From Acidobacteriota bacterium (lineage in GTDB: Bacteria; Acidobacteriota; Polarisedimenticolia; J045): a stretch of 64,000 nt of DNA. This document shows positions 1 through 11,016 of this stretch, piece by piece. A program made the translations under genes and the position numbers. Below the pieces are notes generated by a model. The model was not told the origin of the DNA, did no database searches, and saw only the letters and a program-made list of their open reading frames with translations. Position 1 is the first letter of the stretch; each line of letters starts with the position of its first letter. The DNA lies in contig JAUZRX010000024.1 of NCBI GenBank assembly GCA_030949985.1, positions 2,526-66,525 of the forward strand, written 5' to 3'.

Positions 1-499
1 GAAGCCGGGCCAGGAGGTGCTGTCCTCCGATGCCGCCGACATCGTTCTCGGCAATTGCCTGCCGCTGAAAAAGATCCCCGTCGGAACCGTCGTGCACAAC
101 ATCGAGTTGCGGCCCGGAAAGGGGGGGCAGATGGCCCGCTCCGCGGGAGCCAGCGCTCAGTTGCTGGCCAAGGAGGGGCGCTACGCCCATGTCCGCCTGC
201 CCTCCGGTGAAGTTCGGCTGGTGCTCACGACCTGCCGCGCCACCATCGGGCAGGTCGGCAATGTCGAGCACGGCAACGTGAGTATCGGCAAAGCCGGCAG
301 GATGCGTTGGAAGGGGCGTCGCCCGGTGGTTCGCGGTGTGGCGATGAACCCGATCGATCATCCCCACGGCGGCGGCGAGGGCAAGTCCTCCGGCGGGCGC
401 CATCCGGTGACGCCATGGGGCGTACCGACCAAGGGGCACAAGACTCGCAACAATCCGCGCACGGACAAGTTCATCGTCCGCCGTCGCGGGCAGAAGTAG
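1..499 (+). CDS. rplB: 50S ribosomal protein L2, C-terminal part (5' end outside window)
   Basis: Translation ends ...[51 protein letters not shown], the conserved L2 C-terminus; followed by S19. Confidence 0.9.
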   Translation, partial: KPGQEVLSSDAADIVLGNCLPLKKIPVGTVVHNIELRPGKGGQMARSAGASAQLLAKEGRYAHVRLPSGEVRLVLTTCRATIGQVGNVEHGNVSIGKAGRMRWKGRRPVVRGVAMNPIDHPHGGGEGKSSGGRHPVTPWGVPTKGHKTRNNPRTDKFIVRRRGQK

Positions 500-510
500 C
501 GGAGGCAGCC

Positions 511-792
511 GTGGCACGTTCGATCTGGAAAGGGCCCTTCGTCGACGACCACCTGATGAAAAAGGTGGAGCAGATGAACGAGTCGAAGGAGCGCAAGGTG
601 ATTCGGACCTGGTCGCGCCGTTCGACGATCACTCCGGAGATGGTTGGGCATACCTTCGCCGTCCACAACGGCCGAAAGTTCATCCCGATTTTCGTCACGG
701 AGAACATGGTGGGGCACAAGCTCGGTGAATTCGCGCCTACGCGGACCTACCGCGGACACGGCGGCAAGAAAGACAAGCGGGCCCGCAGGTAG
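511..792 (+). CDS. rpsS: 30S ribosomal protein S19
   Basis: GTG start 12 nt after rplB stop; [18 protein letters not shown]...[17 protein letters not shown] is canonical S19. Confidence 0.9.
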   Translation: MARSIWKGPFVDDHLMKKVEQMNESKERKVIRTWSRRSTITPEMVGHTFAVHNGRKFIPIFVTENMVGHKLGEFAPTRTYRGHGGKKDKRARR

Positions 793-822
793 GGCGGACG
801 CCGGAAGCCGAAGGAGAGCGAA

Positions 823-1170
823 ATGATTGCGCATGCCAAATTGCGCTACCTCAAGGCAAGCCCACAGAAGACCCGCCTGGTCGCCGACCAGGTGAGGGGC
901 TGCGACGTGGGCGAGGCGTTGGGCATCCTGAAGACGAGCCCCAAGAGGGTTGCCCGAAGCCTCGAAAAGCTGCTCAACTCCGCCATCGCCAACGCGGAGA
1001 ACCGTGAAGAGCGGATCGATGTCGATCGGCTCTACGTTTCGCGGATCTGGGTGGACAAGGGCCCCCAGGAGAAGCGAGGCCGTGCCGGCACGATGGGGCG
1101 ATTCTTCCCCGTACTCAAGCGGCGTAGTCACGTCACGATCGAGCTTGACTTGCGCAAAGCCGGCAAGTAG
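823..1170 (+). CDS. rplV: 50S ribosomal protein L22
   Basis: MIAHAKLRYLKASPQKTRLVADQVRG... L22 signature; S10-operon order. Confidence 0.9.
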   Translation: MIAHAKLRYLKASPQKTRLVADQVRGCDVGEALGILKTSPKRVARSLEKLLNSAIANAENREERIDVDRLYVSRIWVDKGPQEKRGRAGTMGRFFPVLKRRSHVTIELDLRKAGK

Positions 1171-1198
1171 CCGGGTTCGTTAGGAGCGAGGACGCGAG

Positions 1199-1855
1199 AT
1201 GGGTCAGAAAGTACATCCTTACGGATTCCGGCTCGGCTATAACCGCACGTGGCGCAGCCGCTGGATCGAAAAGAAGAAATACGGGGATTTCCTCCACGAG
1301 GATCTCAAGCTCAGGGACGAGTTGAAGAAGCGGCTCTACCATGCCGGTATCGCCGACATCTCCGTCGAACGGGCTGGCGAGCACAAGCTGAAGGTCAACC
1401 TCTATACCGCGCGGCCGGGCATCATCATCGGACGCAAGGGAGCGGAGGTGGACAAGCTCCGTGCCGATCTCAAAAAGCGCACGGGCCGAGAGGTTTTCAT
1501 CAATATTCTCGAGGTCGATAAGCCGGAGCTGAACGCGCAACTGGTCGCGGAAGGTATTGCGGCCCAGCTGGAGCGCCGGATCGCCTTCCGTCGGGCCATG
1601 CGCAAGGCCGTCGAGTCGGCCCAGCGTTTCGGCGCCAAGGGGATCAAGGTGCGCTGTTCCGGACGCCTGGGCGGTCACGAAATCGCCCGTTCGGAGTGGT
1701 ATCTGGTCGGGCAGCTTCCGCTCCACACCCTGCGGGCCGATATCGACTACGGCTACGCCAGGGCGAAGACGACCTACGGAGTGATCGGCGTCAAGTGCTG
1801 GATCTACAAAGGGGAGCAGACCGAGGTCGTCATTCCCCGTGGACGCCAGCGCTAG
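1199..1855 (+). CDS. rpsC: 30S ribosomal protein S3
   Basis: [22 protein letters not shown]... KH domain; canonical S3. Confidence 0.95.
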   Translation: MGQKVHPYGFRLGYNRTWRSRWIEKKKYGDFLHEDLKLRDELKKRLYHAGIADISVERAGEHKLKVNLYTARPGIIIGRKGAEVDKLRADLKKRTGREVFINILEVDKPELNAQLVAEGIAAQLERRIAFRRAMRKAVESAQRFGAKGIKVRCSGRLGGHEIARSEWYLVGQLPLHTLRADIDYGYARAKTTYGVIGVKCWIYKGEQTEVVIPRGRQR

Positions 1856-1876
1856 GCGGTCGGAGGGCTCAGGACG

Positions 1877-2290
1877 ATGTTGCAACCGAAGAGAACGAAG
1901 TTCCGCAAGCAGCAGCGCGGCCGTATGAAGGGCAACGCCCAGCGCGGCAACACGGTTGCTTTCGGCGAGTTCGGCCTCAAGGCGATGGGACGGGGATGGA
2001 TCACCGCACGGCAGATCGAGGCGGCTCGAGTTGCGATGACCCGTTCGGTCAAGAGAGGTGGAAAGATCTGGATCCGGGTCTTCCCCGACAAGCCTGTCAC
2101 CAAGAAGCCGATCGAAACCCGGCAGGGCAAGGGTAAGGGCGCGCCGGATCACTGGGTGGCCGTCGTGCGGCCCGGGCGGGTGATGTTCGAAATTGAGGGC
2201 GTGGCCGAAGACGTGGCGGCCCGGGCGATGAAGCTCGCGGCGAGCAAACTTCCGATCCCGGTCCGATTCGTCAAGCGTCGGCCGGTCTAG
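1877..2290 (+). CDS. rplP: 50S ribosomal protein L16
   Basis: [19 protein letters not shown]... canonical L16. Confidence 0.95.
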   Translation: MLQPKRTKFRKQQRGRMKGNAQRGNTVAFGEFGLKAMGRGWITARQIEAARVAMTRSVKRGGKIWIRVFPDKPVTKKPIETRQGKGKGAPDHWVAVVRPGRVMFEIEGVAEDVAARAMKLAASKLPIPVRFVKRRPV

Positions 2291-2316
2291 GCGGCGGGTG
2301 ACGGGGTGATGAACCG

Positions 2317-2523
2317 ATGAAAACGAGCAAGCTTCGCGACATGACGACCGACGAGTTGCACCGGGAGGCCGGAGAGTTGCGCCGGGCGCTGTTCAACCTG
2401 CGGCTGCAGAAGGCCACCGGCCAGCTCGAGAAGCCCCACAAGCTGCGGGAAACGCGGCACGATCTGGCCCGTGTGCTGACCTTGCTGAGCGAGCGGCGGG
2501 GCGACGAGAAGGAGAACGGCTGA
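2317..2523 (+). CDS. rpmC: 50S ribosomal protein L29
   Basis: 68 aa, LRDMTTDELHREAGELRRALFNLRLQKATGQLE typical L29; position between L16 and S17. Confidence 0.85.
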   Translation: MKTSKLRDMTTDELHREAGELRRALFNLRLQKATGQLEKPHKLRETRHDLARVLTLLSERRGDEKENG

Positions 2524-2798
2524 TGAGCGAATCGCAAAAGACGCGGGGCAAGGGCCAGAGCAAGGTCGGTACCGTGATCGGCCGCTCCGGTGCCAAGACG
2601 ACCAAGGTCCGTGTGGAGCGATACATCAAGCATCCGATTTACAAGCGGTACATCCGGCGTTCGAAGACCTATCTCGTCCATGACGAAAACGAGGCCTGCC
2701 AGGCCGGTGACAAGGTGGAAATCATCGAGTCCCGGCCGTTGTCGGCTCGCAAGCGCTGGCGCCTGCACAAGGTGATCGCTCGCGCCGAACGGGCATAG
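2523..2798 (+). CDS. rpsQ: 30S ribosomal protein S17
   Basis: ATG overlaps rpmC stop (TGATG); GTVIGRSGAKTTKVRVERYIKHPIYKRYIRRSKTYLVHDE is S17. Confidence 0.9.
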   Translation: MSESQKTRGKGQSKVGTVIGRSGAKTTKVRVERYIKHPIYKRYIRRSKTYLVHDENEACQAGDKVEIIESRPLSARKRWRLHKVIARAERA

Positions 2799-2807
2799 GG
2801 GATAGCC

Positions 2808-3176
2808 ATGATTCAAATGCAATCGATCCTCAAGGTCGCGGACAACTCCGGCGCGAAAAAGGTAATGGCGATCCGGCTGCGCGGCGGCAACTCCGGCAAG
2901 TATGGTGGCTTGGGGGATGTCATTACGGCCAGTGTCAAGGAGGCCAGTCCGGACGGAACCGTCAAGAAGGGCGCGGTGGTGCGGGCCGTGATCGTGCGTA
3001 CGCGGCACGCGAATCGACGGAAGGACGGTTCCTACATCCAATTCGACGAGAATGCCGCCGTCTTGATCAACGACGCCGGTGAGCCGATCGGCACCCGTGT
3101 TTTCGGGCCGGTGGCCAGGGAATTGCGTGAGAAGCAGTACATGCGGATCGTTTCCCTGGCGCCCGAGGTCCTGTGA
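2808..3176 (+). CDS. rplN: 50S ribosomal protein L14
   Basis: [27 protein letters not shown]... canonical L14. Confidence 0.95.
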   Translation: MIQMQSILKVADNSGAKKVMAIRLRGGNSGKYGGLGDVITASVKEASPDGTVKKGAVVRAVIVRTRHANRRKDGSYIQFDENAAVLINDAGEPIGTRVFGPVARELREKQYMRIVSLAPEVL

Positions 3177-3184
3177 GGTAGACG

Positions 3185-3505
3185 ATGCACATTCGCAAGG
3201 GTGACCAGGTCGCGGTGATCAGCGGCAAGGACAAGGGCAAGCGCGGCAAGGTGCTGCACATCATCGGCAATCGAGCGATCGTCGAAGGTGTGGGGATGAT
3301 TCGCAAGCACATGCGCGCCAACCCGCAAAAGGGAATCCAGGGTGGGATCCTCGAGCAAGAGGCTCCGATCCATGTCTCGAACCTGCTGCCCGTCGATCCA
3401 GAGAGCGGTAAGCCGACGCGTGTCGGTCACAAGTTCCTGGATAGCGACGGCGTCAAGCGCAAGGTGCGGATCGCCAGGCGGTCCAGCGCCGAGCTGGATA
3501 GGTGA
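3185..3505 (+). CDS. rplX: 50S ribosomal protein L24
   Basis: [27 protein letters not shown] motif; spc operon order. Confidence 0.9.
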   Translation: MHIRKGDQVAVISGKDKGKRGKVLHIIGNRAIVEGVGMIRKHMRANPQKGIQGGILEQEAPIHVSNLLPVDPESGKPTRVGHKFLDSDGVKRKVRIARRSSAELDR

Positions 3506-3513
3506 GGAAGGCG

Positions 3514-4062
3514 ATGTCGGAGTATCCGCGTCTTCGCAGGATTTACGAGGAAGAAATCCGGGCGGCCCTGATGGAGGAGTTTTCCATCAAGAATCCGATG
3601 GCCGTGCCGCGGCTCAACAAGATCGTTGTCAACATGGGTCTTGGAGAGGCGTCGCGGGAGCCCAAGCTGCTCGATGAGGCGACCGAGGAACTCACGGCGA
3701 TCGTCGGGCAGAAGCCCACCGTCAGGCGGGCCAGGAAGTCGATCTCCAACTTCAAGCTGCGCGAAGGGATGCCGGTCGGCCTGGCCGCGACCCTGCGCGG
3801 CAACAGGATGTGGGAGTTCTACGACCGCCTGGTGAACCTGGCTCTTCCACGTGTGAGGGACTTCCGCGGCATTTCGGGCAAGGCATTCGATGGCCGGGGT
3901 AATTACACGCTTGGGGTGAAGGATCAACTCATCTTCCCCGAAGTGAACTACGCGAAGGTCAGCCGAGCCATTGGAATGAACATCACGATCGTGACTTCGG
4001 CCACGGCTGATGCCGAGGCCAAGGCGCTACTCCGGCGGCTCGGCATGCCGTTTGCGAACTGA
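3514..4062 (+). CDS. rplE: 50S ribosomal protein L5
   Basis: [23 protein letters not shown]...VVNMGLGEA aligns to L5 N-terminus; RBS GAGGAAGG upstream of ATG 3514 (track ORF begins 3502). Confidence 0.9.
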   Translation: MSEYPRLRRIYEEEIRAALMEEFSIKNPMAVPRLNKIVVNMGLGEASREPKLLDEATEELTAIVGQKPTVRRARKSISNFKLREGMPVGLAATLRGNRMWEFYDRLVNLALPRVRDFRGISGKAFDGRGNYTLGVKDQLIFPEVNYAKVSRAIGMNITIVTSATADAEAKALLRRLGMPFAN

Positions 4063-4084
4063 CAGGGACGAGGAGGAGAGCCCC

Positions 4085-4270
4085 ATGGCGACGAAGGCCA
4101 AGATGGCCCTGTTGCACAGGAAGCCGAAATATGCGGTCCGCGTGAGAAACCGGTGCCGGCGTTGCGGTCGGCCGCGCGGTTATATGCGGAAATTCCAGCT
4201 TTGTCGTGTGTGCTTCCGGGAACTCAGCCTGCAGGGCTATGTTCCTGGTGTCCGCAAGGCGAGTTGGTAG
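4085..4270 (+). CDS. rpsZ: 30S ribosomal protein S14 type Z (zinc-binding, 61 aa)
   Basis: [48 protein letters not shown] with CxxC...CxxC; internal ATG of track ORF 4010..4270. Confidence 0.9.
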   Translation: MATKAKMALLHRKPKYAVRVRNRCRRCGRPRGYMRKFQLCRVCFRELSLQGYVPGVRKASW

Positions 4271-4296
4271 GACCTGGGAACGGAAAGGGGTGATCG

Positions 4297-4695
4297 ATGT
4301 CGATGACTGACCCGATCGCGGACATGCTCACGCGCATCCGGAATGCGCTGATGGCGGAGCATCGCACGGTGGTCTTGCCCTCCTCGCGAATCAAGCGGGA
4401 GATCGCGCAGATTCTCAAGAGCGAGGGTTACATCAGTGACTTTCGTCACGAGGACGACGGCGCGCAGGGTGTTCTTCACGTGGAATTGAAGTACGGACCG
4501 GAGGGCGAGCGCGTGATCAGCGGGCTGCGCCGGATCTCCCGGCCCGGCCGCCGCGTCTATATCGGCCGGAAGGAGATCCCGGACGTGCTGGGTGGAATGG
4601 GGATCACCATTCTCTCCACCTCCAAGGGCGTACTGGACGGACGTTCCGCCCGCCAGCATGGTGTCGGCGGCGAACGCCTCTGTGACGTCTGGTAG
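4297..4695 (+). CDS. rpsH: 30S ribosomal protein S8
   Basis: [17 protein letters not shown]... canonical S8. Confidence 0.95.
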   Translation: MSMTDPIADMLTRIRNALMAEHRTVVLPSSRIKREIAQILKSEGYISDFRHEDDGAQGVLHVELKYGPEGERVISGLRRISRPGRRVYIGRKEIPDVLGGMGITILSTSKGVLDGRSARQHGVGGERLCDVW

Positions 4696-4707
4696 GGAGG
4701 AAGCGGG

Positions 4708-5250
4708 ATGTCGAGAATTGGAAATGCACCCGTAGCCCTGCCTGGAGGGGTCAGCCTGGACATGAAGGCGGACCACGTGCAGGTGAAGGGGCCGAAGGGC
4801 AACCTGGCCGTGCCTGTCGCCGCGGGTATTTCAGTCAAGGTCGAGGACGGAGTGGCCCGGTGCTCCCGGCGAGACGATTCGCCCCGGCAGCGGGCGCTGC
4901 ATGGTTTGACCCGCGCCCTGCTGGCCAATGCCGTCAAGGGCGTTTCGGAAGGCTACGAGCGCACCTTGTTGGTGGTGGGAACCGGTTATCGTGCCGAGGC
5001 CAAGGGCAATGGCCTGACCCTGAGCCTGGGCTTCTCGCATCCGGTGGAATACCCGCTTCCCGAGGGGATCTCCGCACGGGTGGAGGAGCGGAACACGGTG
5101 ATCGTTCTCAGCGGGATCGACAAGCAGAAGATCGGCCAGGTGGCCGCGGAAATCCGCGCCTTGCGTCCGCCCGATGCCTACAAGGGCAAGGGCGTTCGCT
5201 ACAAGGAAGAGCGGATTCATCTCAAGCCGGGCAAGGCCGCCGGAAAGTAG
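4708..5250 (+). CDS. rplF: 50S ribosomal protein L6
   Basis: MSRIGNAPVALPGGVSLDMKADHVQVKGPKGNL... two L6 repeats. Confidence 0.95.
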   Translation: MSRIGNAPVALPGGVSLDMKADHVQVKGPKGNLAVPVAAGISVKVEDGVARCSRRDDSPRQRALHGLTRALLANAVKGVSEGYERTLLVVGTGYRAEAKGNGLTLSLGFSHPVEYPLPEGISARVEERNTVIVLSGIDKQKIGQVAAEIRALRPPDAYKGKGVRYKEERIHLKPGKAAGK

Positions 5251-5264
5251 CGGGGTGAGAAGCG

Positions 5265-5633
5265 ATGTACGCTCGTAAGGATCGAAAGGCAGACCGCGTC
5301 AAAGTGCGCAGGAGGATCCGGGGGAAAATCCGCGGAACCGCCGACCGGCCGCGTCTGTCCGTTTTTCGCAGCAACCGGCATATCGCGGTGCAGGCGATCG
5401 ATGATGAGGCCGGCGCCACGCTGGCCGCCGCCTCGACTCTCGAGAAGAGCTGCAGGATCGAGGGTGGATCGAGCGGCAGCAAGGCAGCCGCCGCCGAAGT
5501 CGGGCGGCTGATCGCCGAGCGTTTGCGAGAGAAGGGACTCGAGACCGTGGTCTTCGACCGGGGCGGGTTCCTGTTTCACGGCAGGGTCAAGGCCCTCGCC
5601 GACGCGGCCCGTGAAGGTGGGCTCAAGTTCTGA
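5265..5633 (+). CDS. rplR: 50S ribosomal protein L18
   Basis: [33 protein letters not shown]... canonical L18. Confidence 0.9.
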   Translation: MYARKDRKADRVKVRRRIRGKIRGTADRPRLSVFRSNRHIAVQAIDDEAGATLAAASTLEKSCRIEGGSSGSKAAAAEVGRLIAERLREKGLETVVFDRGGFLFHGRVKALADAAREGGLKF

Positions 5634-5660
5634 CCGGCTACGGCCGCGGCGGAGGATGAA

Positions 5661-6221
5661 GTGGCTTTCGATAGATCAGATCGCGACGGCTCGGACCTCA
5701 GAGACCAGGTCGTCTTCATCAATCGGGTGACGAAGGTCGTCAAGGGCGGAAAGAACTTTTCGTTCTCGGCGCTGGTCGTGGTTGGTGATGGCAAGGGGCG
5801 TGTGGGCTTTGGCATGGGCAAGGCCAAGGAAGTGCCCTCGGCGATCTCCAAAGGGATCGAGCGAGCCAAGCACGCCATGGTGAAGATTCCTTTGAGGGGA
5901 ACGACCATCCCGCACCAGGTCGTCGGCAGGCATGGAGCCGGCCGGGTGTTGCTCAAGCCGGCTTCTCCCGGCACGGGCGTGATCGCCGGTGGGGCCGTAC
6001 GCGCGATCCTCGAAACGCTCGGCGTCCAGGACGTGCTGACCAAGTGCATCGGGACGCAGAATCCGCACAACGTCGTTCGCGCCACTCTCGACGGACTGCA
6101 GCAGCTCCGAGACCTGCGGGAAATCGCCAAGCTTCGGGGCGTTCCTCTCGAACACGTACAGGCTACCGCGGGCCCGACCGCGCCCTCGATCGGTGGTGGT
6201 CCCGGCGGAGGTGAGGGATGA
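5661..6221 (+). CDS. rpsE: 30S ribosomal protein S5 (with ~20 aa Gly/Pro-rich C-terminal extension)
   Basis: [42 protein letters not shown] canonical S5; stop overlaps rpmD start (ATGA). Confidence 0.95.
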   Translation: MAFDRSDRDGSDLRDQVVFINRVTKVVKGGKNFSFSALVVVGDGKGRVGFGMGKAKEVPSAISKGIERAKHAMVKIPLRGTTIPHQVVGRHGAGRVLLKPASPGTGVIAGGAVRAILETLGVQDVLTKCIGTQNPHNVVRATLDGLQQLRDLREIAKLRGVPLEHVQATAGPTAPSIGGGPGGGEG

Positions 6222-6418
6222 GCGAGCAGGGAAAGCTGAGGATCCAGCAGTATCGCAGCGGCATCGGGTTTCCGCGGCGTCAGAAGCAGACCTTGGCCGC
6301 CTTGGGCCTGGGCAAGATCAATCGTGTCGTCGAACGTCCTGACAACCCCTGCATCCGTGGAATGGTGAGCAAAATTCCCCATCTCGTCCGTATCCTCGAC
6401 GAGAACACCGAGCGCTGA
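6218..6418 (+). CDS. rpmD: 50S ribosomal protein L30
   Basis: 66 aa, [44 protein letters not shown] typical L30. Confidence 0.85.
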   Translation: MSEQGKLRIQQYRSGIGFPRRQKQTLAALGLGKINRVVERPDNPCIRGMVSKIPHLVRILDENTER

Positions 6419-6440
6419 GGCGAACCGGAGGTTTAGATCC

Positions 6441-6905
6441 ATGAGATTGCACGATATCGGCCCGGCCCCGGGCTCCCGGAAGAAGCGCAAGCGGATCGGT
6501 CGTGGACCTGGTTCCGGCACGGGGAAGACCGCCGGAAGGGGAGAAAAGGGCCAGAAGTCCAGGTCCGGCTACTCCCGGCGCTGGGGCTTCGAGGGCGGAC
6601 AGATGCCCCTCGTGCGGCGTGTTCCCAAGCGTGGATTCACGAACATCTTTCGTGAGGACTACGCAGAGGTGAACGTAGGGCGTCTCGGACGCTTCGATTC
6701 CGGAGCCGAGGTCACCCCCGAGGCGCTGGTCGACAAGGGCCTGTTGCGGCGGTCGGAGACCCTGCGGATCAAACTCCTGGGCAAAGGTGAGATCGATCGC
6801 CCCCTGACCGTACATGTGCACAAGGTCAGCGCCGGCGCGCGCAGCAAGATCGAAGGCGCCGGGGGCAAGGTGGTGATCATCGGAGGCGAGGCGGCCGAGT
6901 CATGA
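6441..6905 (+). CDS. rplO: 50S ribosomal protein L15
   Basis: [43 protein letters not shown] canonical L15. Confidence 0.9.
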   Translation: MRLHDIGPAPGSRKKRKRIGRGPGSGTGKTAGRGEKGQKSRSGYSRRWGFEGGQMPLVRRVPKRGFTNIFREDYAEVNVGRLGRFDSGAEVTPEALVDKGLLRRSETLRIKLLGKGEIDRPLTVHVHKVSAGARSKIEGAGGKVVIIGGEAAES

Positions 6906-8296
6906 TCGAAAGTCTGCAGAACATTTTTCGCATACCGGACCTGCGCAAACGAGTGCTCTTCACACTCGGTATGCTCGGCGTCTACCGGATTGGTGCTTTT
7001 ATTCCGATCCCCGGTATCGACCTGCAGGCTCTCGAGAGCTGGTTTCAGGCCAACCAGGGTGGTGTCTTCGGGCTGGTGGACATGTTCACCGGCGGGAATT
7101 TCAGCAACCTGACGATTTTCGCTCTCGGGATCATGCCGTACATTTCGGCGTCGATCATTCTGCAGCTGCTGGCCGTGGTCTGGCCGTACCTCGAACGCTT
7201 ACAGAAGGAAGGCGAGGCCGGACGCCAGAAGATCACCCAGTGGACGCGCTACGGAACCGTGCTGCTCTCGATCATCCAGGCCGTCGGAATCTGCGTCTGG
7301 GTCACGAAGATCGATGCGACCGGAGATCCGATCGTGCCGAATCCGGGCCCGACCTTCTGGCTGTTGACGATCATCACCCTGACCACGGGTACCGCCTTCA
7401 TCATGTGGATCGGTGAGCAGATTACCGAACGCGGCATCGGAAACGGTATTTCACTGATCATCTTCGCCGGCATCGTCGCCGGGCTCCCCGGCGGGACCCG
7501 AGCGATGGTGCAGGAGCTTCTGCGCGGCGAGCGCAGCATCATCGTAGCGGTCCTGCTACTGCTCGTGATGGTTGCCGTTGTCGCCGCGGTTGTTTTCATC
7601 GAGCGGGCTCAGCGGAGGATACCGATTCAGTACGCGAGTCGCGTGCGTGGGCGGCGCATGATGCGCGGAACCGCGACCTTCCTGCCGCTGAAAGTCAACA
7701 CTGGTGGCGTGATCCCGGTCATTTTCGCATCTTCGCTGCTCGCGCTGCCTCAGACCCTGATTACAGCGCTTTACCAGCGTTTTCCGAATCCTGTCTTCGG
7801 GATGCTCAACCGGCAGTTGAACTACAACATGCCGCTGTGGGACCTGCTCTACATCGTTCTGATCGTGCTGTTCTGCTTCTTCTACACCTCGATTATTTTC
7901 AACCCGATGGACACCGCCGACAATATGAAGCGGGTCGGTGGTTTCATTCCCGGGGTGCGGCCGGGCAAGCAGACGGCGAACTACATCGATACGGTGCTCA
8001 CCCGGCTGACCTTTGCTGGAGCCATTTACCTTTCGGCGATTTCGCTGCTGCCGATTTTCCTGATCAGCGGAATCCCGCTTCATCTGCTCGAACCGGCGGC
8101 GATCGGTGAGTTCTTCGAGCGCATGGTCCCGGGTTTCGTCCTCAATGGTATGAACGTCAAGTTCTACTTCGGGGGTACGTCACTGCTGATCGTGGTAGGC
8201 GTGGCGATGGACACGGTGCAACAGATCGAGAGCCAGTTGGTCATGCGGCACTACGATGGCTTCCTGAAAGGCACGCGCTTGCGAGGGAGGAGATAA
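6902..8296 (+). CDS. secY: Preprotein translocase subunit SecY
   Basis: 464 aa, 10 predicted TM helices, [19 protein letters not shown] and [15 protein letters not shown] motifs; follows rplO with 4-nt overlap. Confidence 0.95.
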   Translation: MIESLQNIFRIPDLRKRVLFTLGMLGVYRIGAFIPIPGIDLQALESWFQANQGGVFGLVDMFTGGNFSNLTIFALGIMPYISASIILQLLAVVWPYLERLQKEGEAGRQKITQWTRYGTVLLSIIQAVGICVWVTKIDATGDPIVPNPGPTFWLLTIITLTTGTAFIMWIGEQITERGIGNGISLIIFAGIVAGLPGGTRAMVQELLRGERSIIVAVLLLLVMVAVVAAVVFIERAQRRIPIQYASRVRGRRMMRGTATFLPLKVNTGGVIPVIFASSLLALPQTLITALYQRFPNPVFGMLNRQLNYNMPLWDLLYIVLIVLFCFFYTSIIFNPMDTADNMKRVGGFIPGVRPGKQTANYIDTVLTRLTFAGAIYLSAISLLPIFLISGIPLHLLEPAAIGEFFERMVPGFVLNGMNVKFYFGGTSLLIVVGVAMDTVQQIESQLVMRHYDGFLKGTRLRGRR

Positions 8297-8300
8297 GCCG

Positions 8301-8879
8301 TTGAACCTGTTGATCTTCGGCCCACCGGGGGCGGGCAAAGGAACCCAGGCGGCACGCATCAGCGCGCAGCGGGAGATTCCCCACATCAGCACCGGGGAAA
8401 TGCTGCGCGTCGCCGTGGGCTCCGGCTCGGAACTCGGCCTGAGAGTCAAGAAGATCATCGAACGCGGGCATCTCGTATCGGACGAAGTGATGGGCGAACT
8501 CGTTGCCCAGCGCCTGGCCGAAAAGGATGCCCGGGGCGGATTTCTGCTCGATGGATTCCCGCGAACTGTCGCCCAGGTCGAGATTCTCGACCAGGTCCTC
8601 GGGAACGCGCGGCGCATCGACAGCGTCCTGATGCTGGATGTACCGGATCGGGAGCTTGTCGAGCGGTTGCTGCGGCGGGCCACGATCGAAGGCCGGAAGG
8701 ACGACAACCGGGAGACCATCGAGGAACGGCTTCGGGTCTACCGTGCGCGCACGGAGCCCGTGGCGGGAGTTTACCAGAAGCGCGGGCTGCTCCGGACGAT
8801 CGATGGTACCGGGTCGATCGAAGAGGTGTTCGCGCGTATTGAGGCGGTTCTGGACCGTACCGCGGCTGAGGGCGCATGA
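8301..8879 (+). CDS. adk: Adenylate kinase, short-LID type (no Zn-binding insertion)
   Basis: P-loop GPPGAGKGTQA, GFLLDGFPRTVAQ, 192 aa without the ~27-aa Cys4 LID insert. Confidence 0.95.
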   Translation: MNLLIFGPPGAGKGTQAARISAQREIPHISTGEMLRVAVGSGSELGLRVKKIIERGHLVSDEVMGELVAQRLAEKDARGGFLLDGFPRTVAQVEILDQVLGNARRIDSVLMLDVPDRELVERLLRRATIEGRKDDNRETIEERLRVYRARTEPVAGVYQKRGLLRTIDGTGSIEEVFARIEAVLDRTAAEGA

Positions 8880-8954
8880 GTTCTGCTGTTGCAGGGCCGG
8901 CGTTCCCGGCAAAAGGCCGCCGCCGCATGAGCGGCGCGGTAAAGGAGTAGGGCC

Positions 8955-9173
8955 TTGGCCAAGGAAGAGGCCATCCAGGTAGAGGCAACGGTGATTGAAA
9001 CCTTGCCGAATGCGATGTTCCGGCTCGAGCTGGAGAACGGCCACAAGGTGTTGGCCCATATCTCGGGCAGAATGCGGAAGAACTTCATTCGCATTCTGCC
9101 CGGGGACCGGGTTCTGGTGGAACTTTCTCCGTATGATCTGAACCGGGGACGCATTGTCTACCGCTACAAGTAG
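8955..9173 (+). CDS. infA: Translation initiation factor IF-1
   Basis: 72 aa, [54 protein letters not shown]1-like. Confidence 0.95.
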   Translation: MAKEEAIQVEATVIETLPNAMFRLELENGHKVLAHISGRMRKNFIRILPGDRVLVELSPYDLNRGRIVYRYK

Positions 9174-9226
9174 GAACTTTCCGCAGGACGGGGGCTGTAC
9201 CCGGGTGGAAAGCGACGAGGTGAATG

Positions 9227-9340
9227 ATGAAAGTCAGAGCATCGGTCAAGAAGATGTGTGACAAGTGCAAGATTGTCCGGCGCAAGGGTGTGGTCCGGGT
9301 GATCTGCGAGAACCCCAAGCACAAGCAGCGGCAGGGTTGA
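9227..9340 (+). CDS. rpmJ: 50S ribosomal protein L36
   Basis: Not in ORF track (<60 aa). I translate [37 protein letters not shown], the canonical Zn-ribbon L36; position after infA. Confidence 0.85.
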   Translation: MKVRASVKKMCDKCKIVRRKGVVRVICENPKHKQRQG

Positions 9341-9382
9341 CGGCCAGCGCCGTCCGGACCCAAGCGACTAGGAGAACGCAGT

Positions 9383-9760
9383 ATGGCACGCATCGCCGGT
9401 GTTGATCTTCCCCTGCAGAAGCGAATTGACATCGCTCTGACCTACATCTACGGAATCGGCCTGACGCGGTCGCTCAGCATTCTGGCCAAGGCGGAATGCC
9501 CCGGCCATGTGCGCGTCAAGGATCTCACCGAAGATCAGGCGCGGCGGATTCGGCAGATCATCCAGGATGAGGGTCGGGTCGAGGGAGATCTGCGGAAGAA
9601 CATTCAGATGGACATCAAGCGGCTGATCGAGATCGGTTGCTACCGGGGTATGCGGCACCGCATGAGCCTGCCGGTGCGGGGGCAGCGGACGCATACCAAC
9701 GCGCGGACGAAGAAGGGTCCGCGGGTGGCTGTGGCTGGAAAGAAGAAAGTACGCAAGTAG
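9383..9760 (+). CDS. rpsM: 30S ribosomal protein S13
   Basis: [26 protein letters not shown] canonical S13. Confidence 0.95.
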   Translation: MARIAGVDLPLQKRIDIALTYIYGIGLTRSLSILAKAECPGHVRVKDLTEDQARRIRQIIQDEGRVEGDLRKNIQMDIKRLIEIGCYRGMRHRMSLPVRGQRTHTNARTKKGPRVAVAGKKKVRK

Positions 9761-9901
9761 GGTGGGTAGTCGACACCCGCGGGGGCGGGGCCCTGCTCAT
9801 GGAAGCAGGGTACGGTCTATGGCGGTAGACCTCGAGCGCGCCCCGAGTCGTTGGCCGAACCGCTGCGAGCCTGCCACGGCAGGCGACGGAGAGTAGAGAG
9901 C
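9761..9901. promoter_or_regulatory. Unusually long (141 nt) structured rpsM-rpsK intercistronic spacer with several GC hairpins (e.g. CCCTGC..GCAGGG, GTCTA..TAGAC)
   Basis: Read directly in sequence; rpsM-rpsK spacers are normally ~15-25 nt; position matches where alpha-operon translational feedback structures occur. Confidence 0.3.
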
Positions 9902-10300
9902 ATGGCGAAAGGTGGCAAGGGCAAGAGGACCACGCGCCGCAAAGAGAAGAAGAACGTACCCCACGGCGTGTGCCACATCCAGGCGACCTTCAACAACACG
10001 ATCGTGACCATCACCGACCCGGTGGGGAACGTGGTGGCGTGGTCGAGCGCAGGACGGGTCGGCTTCAAGGGCTCGCGCAAGGGTACGCCCTTCGCGGCCC
10101 AGATGGCTTCTCAGCAGGCGTGCAACCTGGCAAGGGAGCACGGGGTTCGGACCGTGGACGTGCGTGTCCAGGGGCCCGGTGCGGGGCGGGAATCGTCGAT
10201 CCGGGCGCTTGCCGCCTCGGGTCTCGACGTTCGCTCGATCAAGGACGTCACACCGATTCCGCACAACGGTTGCCGGCCGCCCAAGCGGCGCCGGGTCTGA
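9902..10300 (+). CDS. rpsK: 30S ribosomal protein S11
   Basis: [39 protein letters not shown] canonical S11; internal ATG of track ORF 9851. Confidence 0.95.
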   Translation: MAKGGKGKRTTRRKEKKNVPHGVCHIQATFNNTIVTITDPVGNVVAWSSAGRVGFKGSRKGTPFAAQMASQQACNLAREHGVRTVDVRVQGPGAGRESSIRALAASGLDVRSIKDVTPIPHNGCRPPKRRRV

Positions 10301-10313
10301 GGAGGGCTGGCAG

Positions 10314-10940
10314 ATGGGACGTTATATCGGTTCAGTTTGCAGGCTCTGTCGGCGGGAAGGCGCGCAGCTTTTCCTGAAAGGTGAGCGCTGCTTCAAGGAC
10401 AAGTGCGCCATCAAGCGCCGCAACTACGCTCCCGGTCAGCATGGCCGGCGTCGGATCAAGCTGCAGGGCTACGGCCTGCAGTTGCGCGAGAAACAGAAGG
10501 TCAAGAGGATCTACGGTGTTCTCGAGAGCCAGTTCCGGATCTACTTCCGTAAGGCTGCCGCCGCCCGAGGCGTGACCGGCGAGAATCTGCTGACGATGCT
10601 CGAGCGTCGCCTGGACAACGTGGTCTACCGGCTGGGTTTTGCGACCTCCCGGGCCCAGGCTCGGCAGTTCGTCAATCACGGGCATTTCGCGGTCAACGGG
10701 CGAAAGGTGGATATCGCCTCGTTCCAGGTGCGCAAGGATGACGTGATCGAACTGCGTGAAAACAGCCGGAAGAACGCTGTGATCCAAGGTAACCTGGACA
10801 CGGCCGAGGGACGTGGAATTCCGCGCTGGCTCTCGCTCGATGCGGCTCAGTTCAAGGGTACCGTGATGGCTCTGCCGACGCGGGAAGACATCGCGATGCC
10901 GATCCAGGAAAACCTGATCGTCGAGCTTTATTCGAAGTGA
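10314..10940 (+). CDS. rpsD: 30S ribosomal protein S4
   Basis: [31 protein letters not shown] Zn-finger N-term plus S4 domain; internal ATG of track ORF 10164. Confidence 0.95.
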   Translation: MGRYIGSVCRLCRREGAQLFLKGERCFKDKCAIKRRNYAPGQHGRRRIKLQGYGLQLREKQKVKRIYGVLESQFRIYFRKAAAARGVTGENLLTMLERRLDNVVYRLGFATSRAQARQFVNHGHFAVNGRKVDIASFQVRKDDVIELRENSRKNAVIQGNLDTAEGRGIPRWLSLDAAQFKGTVMALPTREDIAMPIQENLIVELYSK

Positions 10941-11016
10941 TGCGGACGCACCGGCGGCCGGGCTGGACGGCGCGCCGGGTCCCTCGGGGTGCCACGCGCG
11001 CCCGGACGGAGGTACG

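Noticed and set aside
8880-8954. Imperfect GC hairpin (CCGCCGCCGC-ATGA-GCGGCGCGG) between adk and infA as attenuator
   Set aside because: Imperfect pairing and no U-tract; cannot distinguish from chance in GC-rich DNA
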